Source: Lama glama (taxonomy: Eukaryota). From it: 64,000 bases of DNA. The stretch is taken from assembly GCA_028534125.1 (NCBI GenBank), contig CM052817.1, positions 83,826,001 to 83,890,000 on the forward strand. The letters are read 5' to 3'. Position numbers and translations under genes: made by a program. The notes beneath the pieces were generated by a model. That model was not told the DNA's origin. It was given only the letters and a program-made list of their open reading frames with translations, and made no database searches. This document shows, piece by piece, positions 1-12,879 of the stretch. Position 1 is the first letter of the stretch; each line of letters opens with the position of its first letter.

Positions 1-254
1 TCTGATAGTGAAAGGATTGGTCTATCAGTTCAGTGTAAGTAAACTGTTAATATTTTCTACTTCTTCATTTAAACACTGAAGACCAGTTTTAATCTATGTT
101 TAAAATGTAGTTGATTTCTTGTTAGGAATTTGTCTCAACTTTGGATTTTGTTGAAAATATTGACTACACTGACTTACTGAAGTTGGTTTCATAGTTATTT
201 TGTTAAATATATGGAATGATATGGTTGTAAAAACAAGTCTTTTTTTTTTTTTAG

Positions 255-313
255 ATCTCAATTCCCCCAAAATTATAAAAGCAGGAAAACCTAAGACAAA
301 GAAATCCAACAAG
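255..313 (+). CDS. LARP1B: LARP1B exon A, upstream of the first Met in the window; (D)LNSPKIIKAGKPKTKKSNK
   Basis: Poly-T + AG acceptor (253-254), donor AAG|gtatgt; 59 nt, phase 1 to 0, stop-free and in frame with the next exon; peptide resembles the LARP1 segment before GDAINWPTP. Confidence 0.75.
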
Positions 314-342
314 GTATGTCTTTAAAGGAAATAGTTTTTTTT

Positions 343-377
343 ATCGCTTCTCGGCCTTTTGGCTAAGATCAAGTGTA
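343..377 (+). pseudogene. RNU2: 3'-truncated (tailless) U2 snRNA retropseudogene, U2 nt 1-35
   Basis: ATCGCTTCTCGGCCTTTTGGCTAAGATCAAGTGTA matches the U2 5' end; flanked by direct repeat aaaggaaatagttttt (324-339 and 377-392); no poly(A). Confidence 0.95.
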
Positions 378-733
378 AAGGAAATAGTTTTTAACTATAA
401 TGATTTCGAAAGGAACTCTTCTTAGATTATTGTGTATTTTTCTTTCCTATCATTGTTAGTTTAAAGTCATTATACTAGAGAATTGTAATCTTCATCCAAA
501 TCCCCATATGCCTTTGTTAACCCTGTGTCTGTCAATTTAGTCAATGTCATTGTATTAGAAATTGGACTGTAAGACCAAAGCATTCTTCTTACAATGTTCT
601 ATTGTTTGGAGAAGGTTTTAGATTATTTTGACAAATGAATACATACAATTGAATGTAGGTGATTTAAAACATTTCTTTCACTTCAAAAAATTTCTGATTT
701 ACAGACATAAATTTTGTTGTTGTTACTTCTTAG

Positions 734-793
734 GCTAGTGATTTCAGCGATATGGCGAATTGGCCAACACCAAGTGAATTAGTAAGCACTGGA
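734..793 (+). CDS. LARP1B: LARP1B exon B; ASDFSDMANWPTPSELVSTG (ATG at 752)
   Basis: tag|GCT acceptor, GGA|gtgagt donor, 60 nt; NWPTP motif of LARP1 family; ATG with G at -3 and G at +4. Confidence 0.95.
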
Positions 794-1367
794 GTGAGTA
801 TTGTTTTAAGACTTATTTTTAATAAAGAGAAAATATTGTCATTTCAACATGTGGAATTTGTTTTACTTCAAATTTAGAGAATTGCATTAATAAAATACCC
901 ATTTTTTCAGATACCTTGATTTCATTCATCACATTGCCTTCATCTGGTTGTATTCTCAGGACCTTACTTTTGGAAGGGATTGGGTACCATGCTGTCATCT
1001 TCACGTAATACCTACAAATAGATTAATTTTTAATATAATGTGTGTAACTGAAGCCCACTTTGTGTTTCAGAATTTTTTCTATATATATATTTTTTGATCT
1101 ATCTTCCTTTCAATGTGTTCAAGTCCTAATTACACATATATACACACACACACATATATATATGTATATCATATCAAGAAATATTCATTGAATGGATTTT
1201 TGATTTAGCTATGAAAGAAACTCTAAAAGATGGTTTTGAGATATTCTATCAAAAGATATTAGAGGAGTAGCATACATGGTTATTTGGTTGCATGTTTTCA
1301 TTTGACACTGTACACTTTGCTGTTTGTAATTTGTGCATAGTTGTAAATAATATATATAAAACAGCTT

Positions 1368-2280
1368 AAGTATTGTATAAGTGACATAATAAACTATACA
1401 TATATAAAGTTTGCAGTTTGGTGTATTTTGACTTGTGAAACCATTGGCACAAACAAGATAACGAACTTAACCAGTACCTCAAAAGTTTCTTCATACTCCT
1501 TTGTAATTCTCCCTGTTACATTCCCACTGTCATCCCAGGCAACCACTGATATGCTTTCTGACACTTAGTTAAGTTGTGTTTTCTGTAATTTTATGTAAGT
1601 GGAGTCATACAGTATGTATTTTTTTTTCTGGCTTTCATTCAGCTTAATTATTTTGAGATTTATTTATGTAATATGTATTAGTTGTTCATTCCTTCTTATT
1701 ACTGAGTAGTATTCCATTGTATGGATATAAGTGTTTATCCATTCATCTATTGATGGACATTTGTGTTGATTCCACTTTTTGGCTGTTACAAATAAGGCTG
1801 CTATACAAACACTTGTGTAGAGAATTTTCTATGGATATATGCTTTCATTTATCTTGGGAGTAGAGGGTTGAATATTATGGTAGCTATTTGTTAACTTTTT
1901 AAACTACCAAACTTTTTATTCCTACCAGCAATGTATGAGAATTCTAGTTATTCTGCATTCTTACTGGTACTCGATGTGGTCAGCCTTTTAAATTAATTTT
2001 AGTCAGTCTAGTAGGTGTAGGGTGGTATTGCATTGTAGTTTTGATTTGCATTTTTCTGACTAGTGATATCAAGCACCTTTTCATATGCCATCATTATATC
2101 TTTTCGCTAAAGCATCAGTTCAACTCTAGCCCATTTTTAAATTGTTTTCTTGTTACTGCATCTTGAATTCATTATATATTTTGGATACAAGTACTTTTGT
2201 CAAATACTTAACAAATATTTTCTCCCAATTTTTGGCTTGACTTTTAACATTGTCTTTTGATAAGTCATTTTTAATTTTTG
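1368..2280 (-). mobile_element. Old L1M 3' fragment
   Basis: Antisense L1 3' motifs (gagtagtattccattgtatggatata, ccattcatctattgatggacattt, ccagcaatgtatgagaattc). Confidence 0.8.
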
Positions 2281-2390
2281 TTCAAAGTTGTCATTCATTT
2301 GGCAATATTTAGGTAAGGTGTTACCATAAACTTTTGAATGTTAGTGAAAATGTTCATGAAAACTATTTCATTCAGAAAAACTTTTTGCAG

Positions 2391-2565
2391 TGTCAGAGTG
2401 CCATCAGCCAAGGAAATAAGAAGCCACAAAATAGAAAAGAACGAGAAGACAAGGTTGAAAAGAGAAATAACAGTGAAAGCAAAGAAAGCCGGGAAACAAA
2501 ATTAGATGGTCCTGGTGAAAATGTCAGTGAGGATGAGGCTCAGTCAAGTAATCAAAGAAAGAGAG
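2391..2565 (+). CDS. LARP1B: LARP1B exon C; CQSAISQGNKK...SSNQRKR
   Basis: ttgcag|TGT acceptor, G|gttagt donor; 175 nt; overlaps ORF 2334-2570. Confidence 0.95.
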
Positions 2566-4686
2566 GTTAGTTTATCTATATCTTCATTTTGATTTTTTGA
2601 AGAGAGTTGTAGTAATGAAGAATTGTATTTAGTCAGTTGATTCCTGGTAGTCACCAATGAGTACTTTGGATTTCTTTAAGGTACTGTCTGCATTGTTAAC
2701 TGATTTGCTTTTATAACATTTCTGAACTGTTAGGCTTTTCTCTTTGCTTTGACCTGTATTTTATGTAAAAATGGATTGAAATTCCACCTGTAGATGTAGG
2801 TGTAGATATATTCTTGGAAAGTTATGTGATGACTATTGTTCTTACATCTGCTTTGGAACTGCTCCCTGTTTTTCAGGGAGTTCTGAGAAAATATTTTTCA
2901 AACAGAAAATTGAGAACAGTCTTGGTCAACTTTTTTTACTCATAGCATTCCCCCAGTGAGAAAAAAATAATATCTTTACACCCTTTTCCTTATTGTTTTA
3001 GGAACTTTCCATATGTCTAGTGACAGATTATGATTTAACTGTTCGATGAAAGCATATGCTCATTCAGTGTTCTGAGTCTAGGTAAAAGTGTCTTTAGAGA
3101 CTTTTAGGCAGAACAGTTCTTTAAACTGTTGGAAATCAGTGGCTGAGGCAAGGTGAATGTTGGGGAGAGTGGCAGCGGATGCTATTGGAGAGGTAGGCAA
3201 GGTCCACCTTATGCTGGGCCTTGGTAACTTGGAATTAGCATTTTAAGTGCCATGGGAAGCCATTGAAGGATTTTAATCCATGGAGGTGATGAGGCATGGG
3301 AGGGGACATTTCATAATTAAGTAGTTGCCAGCCAACTTCTTTAGTAATGGAACTAACAATCCATCATACCTTGAGCACTTACTTGAATTTTTTGCAAATG
3401 AGTATTATAACCCTTAGCTGCAGGGTAAGCATTAGGCTTACTTGATACAGTAAGCCAAGGGTAATTGCTCAGAAGTGGTGGCAGCAGGACAACCAAGTGG
3501 TTGTTAGAAAAAAGTTTCCACGTTTCTTAAGCACTTTAATCACTTACCTCTTTCATACTTCTCAGATACATAAGTAGTCTTTTTGACTGTCTAGAATTCA
3601 TACAGATGACAAGACTTATCCTATGCTAATGTATGTCTTCCTTGTTAGTTGCTTCAATTAAAACTTTAAAACTGATCACCCAACACTGTAAAACTATGAA
3701 GTCCAGGTGTTTTGTAGTTAGAGTTATTTCATATAATCAGGTCATGAAGGTGTGACTTTGAGCATAGATTTTTATCTTCAAAACAAAGGCTTTTTTATGA
3801 CAGAGAATCTCATTGATTAGAATTTATAGTATAGACTGTAAAAGAACTTTTAGATTCTTTCATTGTCTCTTTTCCTCATCTGTCCATAGTTTCATGATTT
3901 ATAGGGAATCAATGCTATAGTTGCACACTAGTACTCCCTTAATTACTTGGGTAGTTTTTCCTTTGCCCTGAGTCTTTGTTTATTGAAAATATATATTGGG
4001 CAGAAGCCTGAACATTTTGAAACCTTAACTATGGAATCCGTGAATAGATAATCTTCAGAATTTCACTAGTATAACTGTTAATTATACTATCATTTAGTAA
4101 CAAGAAACATTAAATTGCTTCTGTCTCTTGACTGAAGTTAGGAAAATGTGTGTAGCTATAAAATGATTTATCAAATGCAGTTAGACAAAATTTTATACAT
4201 AAACTTTATTTTGAGAAAGCTTGTGCATTAGTAGTATGTAGTAGCAGTAGTATGCTAGACAAACTGATATTTGAGACAGTCATATGAAGCTCAAAGTGTT
4301 TAGAATCACTAGCCAAACCATTATCCAGGTGTGCCCTGTTCTAACACTTAAGTATCTAGTATTAGATGGGAGTACTGTGTACATTTAGTATTTTTGAATA
4401 GCTTATCCGTCAGAATTGAATGTACATTTCACTTAAAAGCAAAAGAATTCCAATGATAGTCCATCACTAACTGTTCATTTGGTTTTACAAATACAGTTTG
4501 CCCAAACAAGTTTATTAAAGAGCTGTGGAAAAAGAAGAAAATAATTTTGGTACTCTACAAAGAATCCCTTGAGGACAAACTAAGTCTTTCATTTATTTAA
4601 TTAAAATTTAGAGTCTTTTCACAATTGCAAAGCTTTAATGAATATTGTGCATTGTCATTAAATGATTTTATTTTGTTTTCTTCAAG

Positions 4687-4824
4687 CTAATAAGCACAAG
4701 TGGGTACCATTCCACTTAGATGATGTAAAACCAGACAGTCAAGAAAGACCAGGATCCCGGAACAGCTCAAGATGTCAACCAGAAGCAAGTAAATTGTCAC
4801 ATAATAGGAGAAATGATACACGAA
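4687..4824 (+). CDS. LARP1B: LARP1B exon D; (A)NKHKWVPFHLD...RRNDTR
   Basis: ttcaag|CT acceptor, A|gtaagt donor; 138 nt, phase 1-1; KHKWVP motif of LARP1 family. Confidence 0.95.
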
Positions 4825-4889
4825 GTAAGTCTTTTTAGTCTCCTTTAGTCTGAAATAGTTCTGCTTTTGTAACCTTCTGTGACTTTAAT

Positions 4890-5980
4890 TTTTTCTGAAG
4901 ACTGTAGGACACTTATGTGGTAGAGACACCTTACTTTGGGTTTTCTGATGTTTCCTCAAGATTAGATTTGAGTCATGAATTTTTGGCAGGAATACTGCAA
5001 AAGTTAAATGGTTTTCTTCACAGTGTATTACTTGGAAATACACATGATCTTGGTTTATCTTCTTATTGCTGATATTTTGAGCACTTGGTGTTAAGATGAA
5101 GTACTCTAGGTTTCTTTACTGAAAGACATTATTTCCCCCTTTATAATTAATATGTAATTTGTAAGAAGAGACTTTGAAACTGGGAATACCTGTTTTCTTA
5201 CCAGACTTTCCATATGAACTTTAGTTTCTTTCCATTGACGGTTCTTACTCTTGCCTGGTTCAGTTATTATTACCATGATCTTTGCAAATGCTGATTTGCT
5301 TTTTTACTGCATCATTCCTTCTATATTTATACAGTGGCATTCCACTGTAAAGAACGACTTCCCATTATTATTAGTGTGGGCTTAAGGCTTCTTATTTTTT
5401 CAATGTTATAATCTGTTACCATGATTGTTTAATTTGATGCTCAAATTGTCCCAGATTTGGTTAGTGGGAGTCTCTTCTGGGTGGTTTCTGGGTCCTTTTT
5501 TAAAAAAGTCAACTTTACTGAGCAAATAATTACATATATTAAAATACACTCAAATTAATGCCATGTCCTCTAACCGTGAGTCTACTTTTGATCAGATTAG
5601 ATTTACCTTTTCAGAATTTCATATGAATTGAAGTATACAATATACATTATATACTCTTGTGTTCTTTTGCTCAGCATAATTATTTTTACATTCGTCAGTG
5701 TTGTATATGCATCAGTAGTTTCTACCTCTTTATTGCAGAATAGTTTTTCATCGAATGAATATCCCCCTTCATTCATCTATTCGTGGATATTTGGCTTGTT
5801 TTTAGTTTTTGGCTGTTACAAGTAGTGCTACTATGTACATTTGTGTAAAAGCCTTTGTGTGGGCATATGTCTTAGTTTCTTGGGTAAGTATCTAGGAGTC
5901 GATTGCTAAGTGGTATGACAAGTGTATATTTAACTTTATAAGAAATTGTGGAGTTGTTCCAGATTGATTGTACCAAAATG
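4890..5980 (-). mobile_element. Adjacent degraded L1M fragments
   Basis: Antisense L1 3' motifs (ttttggcaggaatact, gatgctcaaattgtcccagatttgg, tttaactttataagaaattg). Confidence 0.65.
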
Positions 5981-7285
5981 TCTCAGTGTTAATGTTCAGT
6001 TCGTTCAGGTGTTGTTAGCCTTATCCATTCGTCATAAAGTGTCCCATTGGTCTTTCATTTAATAGTATTACTTCCGTTAAGAATCATTCCCCAGATACCT
6101 TATTTCAGCAGGGTTTGTTCAGGTTTCAGAAAGAAGAGGACAGGAGGATATGTGGAAGCAGTTCGCTGAGCATTTGGTTTTACAGTTTTTTGCTGAAATC
6201 CTTTACATCTCATAATTTTTAAGACATGTTATCCTGTGAAAGAATTGTGCAATGAATACCTAACTACCATCTAGATTTAGTAATTTCGCTATATTTATTT
6301 CATCTACCTGATGAATAATTTGTAAGTAACATGTAGATACCATGACACCTTACCACTGATGTCCTAAGAAAATATAGCAACTACGAAAATCAACACTAAT
6401 TCCCTAATAGCATCTGAAATCTAGTCATAAGGTATATTCACTCAGTTGTCCACAAAATATGACTTTAAAATTATAAAACTTGCCGATAGAAAAATCAAGA
6501 CTTTTTTTGACTTTTGTACCATTATTTCTCAAATACATTATTTTAATGTTCTGTTCTAAAAGTAATATATTCGTAGTTATGTTAAGTACAGAGTACATAA
6601 GAAAATACATACAGGTATAAAGAACAACAATATAATAACACTGGGAACTTAGCACCCATTTTAGAAATGCATGTTACCACTATCTTTGACATATTCCTGT
6701 GTGCCTAGTTTGACCCCACTGCCTCCCTTCTTAGGAAAAAAAGTCTATTGTAGTTTTTTGAATGCTTTTGAAATTGACATGAAGTATTATTCCATTTACA
6801 TATTCTTTGGCACTAATTTTTTTCACTTAGTCTGAATTTTCTTAAATTTGTTCATGTTGGCTTATAATGCTGTGACTCATTTTTTCTTTTTATCCTGCTG
6901 AAGGATATTTCACTTTTTGATAAAATCTGTACTGTTGATAGACATGTGGATTGTTTCCAGTTTTTTGGTATTAAAGTGCTACATTGAACAGTTTTATGCA
7001 TGTTTTCCAGTAGACACATAAAAAAGGTTCTCTAGGGTAATTTCTTTAGACTGCAACTCGTGAGTTTGTCATGAATTTGATGTACTGAGTCATGATCAGG
7101 TATCTCAAATTGATAGACTAGAGTGCTTCATGTTTTTTATGACAGTTGTGTTTAAATTAAACTTTTTTTATACTGTGTTAGAGTGTAACATATACTACGC
7201 TTACTGTGGGTTGAGGCAGAAATGTTTGAAAAAGACTGTATAAAAAAGAAGGAAAGAAATGGAGGAGGAATTGCAGGGTCTAGGA

Positions 7286-7524
7286 CAGTGGTTCTAAATG
7301 GGGGTGATTTTTTTTCTCCACAAGGGGACATTTGGCATTGTCTAGAGGTAACACTGATTTTTACAACTGGTGGCGGGGCAATAGGGGGAGGTAATGATGC
7401 TACTGGTATCTAGTGAGTTGAGATCATGGATGATGCTAAACATGTTGCAGTACCCAGGACAGCCTACCACACTAGAGAGTTACTTAGCTTAAAATGTCAA
7501 CAGTGCCACAGTTGCAAAACGCTG
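7286..7524 (+). mobile_element. MER20-like hAT-Charlie element
   Basis: Starts cagtggttct, internal ggggacatttggca and gctactggtatctagtg, ends aaaatgtcaacagtgcc...aaacgctg. Confidence 0.85.
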
Positions 7525-8404
7525 GTCTTTAGGATATACATACCTTTATATTTATCTGGTTGTTTCAAAACAAAGTGAGTGTACCTGTTTTTACTCTCAG
7601 TAACTTTATGCAAGTGTTCTGTCTTTTCGGTCAACATTTGGTATTATAGGACCTTAAAATATTTTTCAGACAGATAAAATACTCTTTCATTTGCGTTTCT
7701 CAAGGCTAGTAAGGCTGAGCACCATTTTTTATTGGCCTTTTGCATTTGTTTGTTTGCCCTAGCCTATCTTTTAGCTAGTTTCCCCATAAGTTGCTCTGTG
7801 TGGGTTTGTGAGTGTGTGTGTGCGTGCATGTGCACACATGTGACATTTGTATGAATTTTATATGCATTCTGAATGTAATTGTGCTGCAGATATCTTCTCC
7901 CAGTTTGTTTTGTTTTCATTTCCCTTTTTCTTTAAAAGAAACATCTTTTACCTTAATAGAAACATCCTTTCCTTAAAAATTTTGTGAAAATAATTATTAT
8001 TATTGTGGAAATGTAAAAGGCAAAAGATATATTCGATCTGAAGAGAAACCGGAGTGTGTGTGGAAATGTGTTTCTTAGGAGTTTTATATAGTGCAAAACT
8101 CATTTTTATTGGAACTTCCTGAATCTTGAACAACACAATTTTAGCAAGCAATCTCACTATCTTTGTAGTATGTTACTTGACTTAATAGACTATCTTCTTA
8201 TGTCAGTGCATAATGTCTTTTATGCTGGACACATTTTGACAAAATTCCTATGGGATCTCTTAAGTTTGTATCTTTCTGAAGAATGCCTGGTTACTAACAA
8301 CTAGTTACCAAGTGGGGAGAAGTGGTTACCACATTTTCGTAAAGATAAATATGTTATTAATAGTCACAGATTGAAATGTATTAAAATATTTTTATTTTAA
8401 AAAG

Positions 8405-8548
8405 GTTGGAGACGTGAAAGAGAAAAGAGAGATGATCAAGATGAAGTTTCCAGTGTGAGAAGTGAGGGTGGTAATGTCCGAGGTTCTTTTAGAGCCCGAG
8501 GAAGAGGCCGAGGTCGGGGAAGAGGACGAGGCAGAGGAAATTCTCGAT
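8405..8548 (+). CDS. LARP1B: LARP1B exon E, RG repeat; (S)WRREREK...FRARGRGRGRGRGRGRGNSR
   Basis: aaaaag|GT acceptor, T|gtagga donor; 144 nt, phase 1-1; frame continuous with neighbours. Confidence 0.93.
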
Positions 8549-8780
8549 GTAGGACATAATTTCTTGTTTTGTTAAATTAGATGAACTTCGAGAAAAGTAT
8601 GCAAGACTTCTGTTAGTTTTCCCCACTATCCCATATAATGTTTTAACTGATTTTATTTGTCTGATAATAAAGACGGTTTTATATTTGTTACCTTTTGAAA
8701 TACTTCACTTTGGATTTTTCTTTATAGTACCTCCTTTTTAAAAAATCTGATTATTTTTCTTTTTCTTTTTTCACATTAAG

Positions 8781-8946
8781 TGAACTTTGATTATTCATTT
8801 GGTTATCAAGAACATGGTGAAAGGTCTGACCAACCATTTCAAACAGAACTTAATACCAGTATGATGTATTACTATGATGATGGTACAGGCGTGCAGGTGT
8901 ATCCAGTGGAAGAAGCATTGCTTAAAGAGTATATTAAGCGCCAAAT
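8781..8946 (+). CDS. LARP1B: LARP1B exon F; (L)NFDYSFG...LLKEYIKRQ(I), start of La motif
   Basis: attaag|TG acceptor, AT|gtaagt donor; 166 nt. Confidence 0.95.
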
Positions 8947-10784
8947 GTAAGTCGAACAGACAAACAGGTGGGATAGGAGAATCTGTTGCAATATCATACT
9001 TGAATGTCATTGACAATGAATATATAACACATTTTCTAAGCTGTTTATTAGTAAAATTGAAGGATTTTAGTAGTTTTTTTCTAGGAAATGTTAGTAAAAT
9101 ATGTAAAATATTTTAAAAACTCATATTTGGTTCATGTTATTTACATAAAAATAGTGCTTTCTCTACTGAGGTATTTCTCTGCCTAAAGAATATTGTAATG
9201 TCATGGTATAATGTGAGTGATTAAATACAAGAATGTAAAACTGCTACATATATTTGAAATTGAACAAGTGAAACTTGGCTTATTTGCAAATAAATGTTTC
9301 TATTAAAACTTGAAAATGAATATAAATGGCAAAAAATGTTGCTATCTGGCTTTCTTAACAGTTAGTTTCAGCATTCTAAGTTTTTTTTTTTAACTTTTAA
9401 GTTCTCTTTCTCTGTGACATATTATTTAGGCTTTTTTGCTCTAGTTCTTATAATAGTTACTACCTGAATACTGAAGTTGAGGTTAGGAGAATGTTAGTTT
9501 ATTCTGTTATCTTTAAGGAAAAATAACCTCTCTGAATATTAGTATTGTGTAGGAGGTTTTGCATATTTGTATAGTGTGTTTATGTAGTGTTGAGAAAAAT
9601 ATTCCCAAGTGATTTGCATAAGTAATTTGCTGAAATTTGACCTTTTTTTGTCTACAAGGGAAAGGAAAAAGGCTATTTTTGAAAGGGCATAAGCATTTTA
9701 AAAACATCTACCTTTATTTAAAAATGAAAATGGACCATACTCTTACTAGAAAATCATTTATTCATCAGCATCAGCCAGGTATCTTCCTCGGATGCCTTCA
9801 TGGTGGATTTGATTGGCTTACAAGATGAAGCAACCTGTTTATTTTATTCTTGCTTCTTTTGTTACAGTTGACGCAAACACTGAAGAAAAGGGCCTTTTAA
9901 TGGGCAGAAAGTGCCTGGCATGTGGCTATCAACTTCAGAGCACTATTCCTGCCTTTTTTTTTAACTCTTGCTGCCAGGTCCCTTCTGAAACCTGACAGTA
10001 GACATACAACTCCATGTCAGGATAATCGGCCTCCAATGTGCTCATAACAAGTGAGGGAGGAGCAGAGCTACTTCAGTGTTGACAAAATTTCTGATCATGC
10101 AGTGTAGTATCCAGAGCTTCTAAGGTAGGACATGATAATGTCCCCTAGGACACTGAACAAAATGTCAGACATAGCATTGGGCATAACTCCTTTTTTTGTT
10201 GTTATTGTTTAGCAATAGAGTTTTGGCAGATGATAGAGAAACAGGCTGGTTTAGAATGGCTCTTTACTGTTACATTCTCTGATTACTGGACATCTGGATT
10301 TGAGGAGTCATGCTTTTGATTCTGTGTCTTTGAAGTTTCTCATACATAGATAGGCTTATTCATTAGGTTTAAATTTTCATATTTGAGAAGTTACTAAAAA
10401 TCTTCTTTGCACTTGTGGAATATTCAAAAATATTTTGATGTAAGAGGCTTACCTGTATTATGGATGATTGAGTTTTTTAAGTCATGTTAACTGAAGATGT
10501 GTATTAATAATTTGACTTTTTGATGTCAAGATATTAAAAATTTAAGATCTTGATTATTTCTAGCTGGGACAATCTCTTGGCATTCAGATTTAGACCTAAG
10601 TATGTTTGCAGCCCACTAGAAGTTTCAAAAAGTATTTACTATAGGTAATAGAGTGATTTATGAATTTATTTACACAGAGTACTAGGTTAAAAAGACATCT
10701 TACAGTCAGAGAAGTTTTTGTCCAAGAACAGTTTTAACTTATGATTAAATCAAATGTATTAATGTCTGAAAATTGAGAATTTAA

Positions 10785-10925
10785 GCATATGTATTATATG
10801 CCTACCTCATTTTAGGCACTGTGAAAGAGTTTTTGAAGTATAACAAAAATTAGAACACACATATTATGTGCCCACCACATGCCAGGCACTGTGAAAAGGG
10901 CTTTTGAGGTGTAACAAAAATCAGA
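10785..10925. repeat. Diverged tandem duplication, two ~70-bp units
   Basis: Both units share tatta(t)tgcc..aggcactgtgaaa..ttttga..taacaaaaat.aga. Confidence 0.75.
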
Positions 10926-12271
10926 TTGTTCAATTCTTCAAGACTTAGATTTTTTTCTTCTGTGTTTAAGAAGATAAATCATTTACTAGTGTTACTGAGA
11001 TGTCAGCAGTACTTCACTGATGTAAGGGAGCTTTGCACTTTGATAGTTGGGTAAATATCAGAGTATAAAGAAACAACTTGGGTATTTAAATTTCTAAAAT
11101 AAGATTTTTTCCCACCCAGTGGAAAGTAGCTCAAAGCCAGTTTTCACTCGTAGTTGATTTTTTTGTTCAAAATTAGAATTTGATCTAAATACTTCAAGGG
11201 TATCTTTAGCTATCCAGCCTTATACCCAAATATATGAGCTGATGTGCTTTCTCATAATTTGCCACCCATCTTTGAAATCTTTCTCTGTGATTTAGAAACA
11301 GTATAGGATTATTAAACTGTAAGCCATATCATTTGATGTCATATATTTTGTATTTTCTGCATTTTCCCTCATTTATCCTCTTGTTCTCTCTGTCTAGAAT
11401 CTTGTTCTCATTTTTCTATTCACAGGCTGAATTTGAACACTTGTTTCTCAAGTGCCATTATTAAATGTATTCTTCATATTATCTTTTATTTTGAAGCTTA
11501 TAGTTATTGGTCATACACTTTGTGTATAAGTTGCTTCTGTATTTCCCTGCCATGTAAATACCTCATGGTGTTGTATATATTCTTTGTTTAGCTGTATTCT
11601 GTTCACTCTTACTATCTTTTATAGTTCTGCCCATCAAAGGGGGAGATCTTGAATGATTTGAATATAAAATTGTGTGTGTACACCTGTGCCTATGTATTCA
11701 CTAACGCTTAGTTTTTACTAAGCATTGTGCTGATTGCTAAAGTTCAGAAGTATTAAACAATGTCAGTACCCTGCCACTATAGAAAGCAAAACAAACTACT
11801 CTGTAAACTTGACAAAGAATACTTCCAGTATACCATTATTCTCAGTGATTGGAAAAAGTTGGAAGGCAGTCTTTTGACATGTGTTTAGCTTTTTTATTTA
11901 GTGTTTAAATGAAGTAAATTAAACTAGCTTTGAAAGGAAATTTTTCAATGAATTGACTCATTGAAAAAATCAATTATTGAACTATTTTAAAGTATAATGC
12001 TGGTTAATTCTTCATACATAGGTAGAAGTTAATGTTAGTTTTCGGAAAGATAATCGGTATTCTAAATTTCTTTCTACTTATGTGTAAGGGAAATTACTAA
12101 CTTAGTAGGGTTTTGTTGTTACTATATTTACCTTACTATCTATTGTATTAAGTGTATATAATGTTATTAATAAAATAGTTCTATAGCAATTGATACTATA
12201 AGCAATAGACATTTTTATTTCCTATTGAATAGATTGGTGAAACTTGTTTACTTCTTTATTTCTCTTTTCAG

Positions 12272-12416
12272 TGAATATTATTTCAGTATAGAAAATTTGG
12301 AACGGGACTTCTTTCTTAGGAGAAAGATGGATGAGCAAGGTTTCTTGCCTATTTCCCTGATTGCTGGTTTCCACCGTGTTCAGGCTCTCACTACAAACCT
12401 TAATCTCATTTTAGAG
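12272..12416 (+). CDS. LARP1B: LARP1B exon G, La motif core; [20 protein letters not shown]...LILE
   Basis: ttttcag|T acceptor, GAG|gtaatt donor; 145 nt; QIEYYFS..NL.RD.FL La motif signature. Confidence 0.97.
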
Positions 12417-12879
12417 GTAATTATTCATTTACAAAACAGTCTACTTTCTATTAATGCTGTGAACCTAAAACTGTTCTGAAAAGTAAAGTCTATTAAAAAT
12501 TTTTAAGAAAAAAGCAAAAACAAGTCTGTAGTTGCCTAAGGCTTAGACTGCATCATGGCTTTTTTCTATTTTGTAAAACCCAAATAAATGTCTAACCTTG
12601 GAAACCCTTCAAAGAATTACTAATGATGTTTTCACATGTTTTTAACTAGATCTTTGGATAGGTTGAACACCAACACAGACTTGAACTTAACTGGGATATT
12701 CTTGGTCCTCGAGTCTTCAGGTTGCTGTAAAATAGCATATATTCCCATTAAAATTTTGAGAATTTTTCATGTGCTACAGAAGGGCTGACTTAAAATAGTA
12801 TTTCCAGTATTTCCAGCGTTCTTGATGATTTTATTAAATCTCTTGTCTGTCCTGTTCTAGAAATGCTTACAGTTTTTGA

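Noticed and set aside
9700..10150. Repeat-poor, slightly GC-richer intronic segment with a CCAAT-type motif
   Set aside because: Single short motifs are expected by chance; needs conservation or chromatin data.
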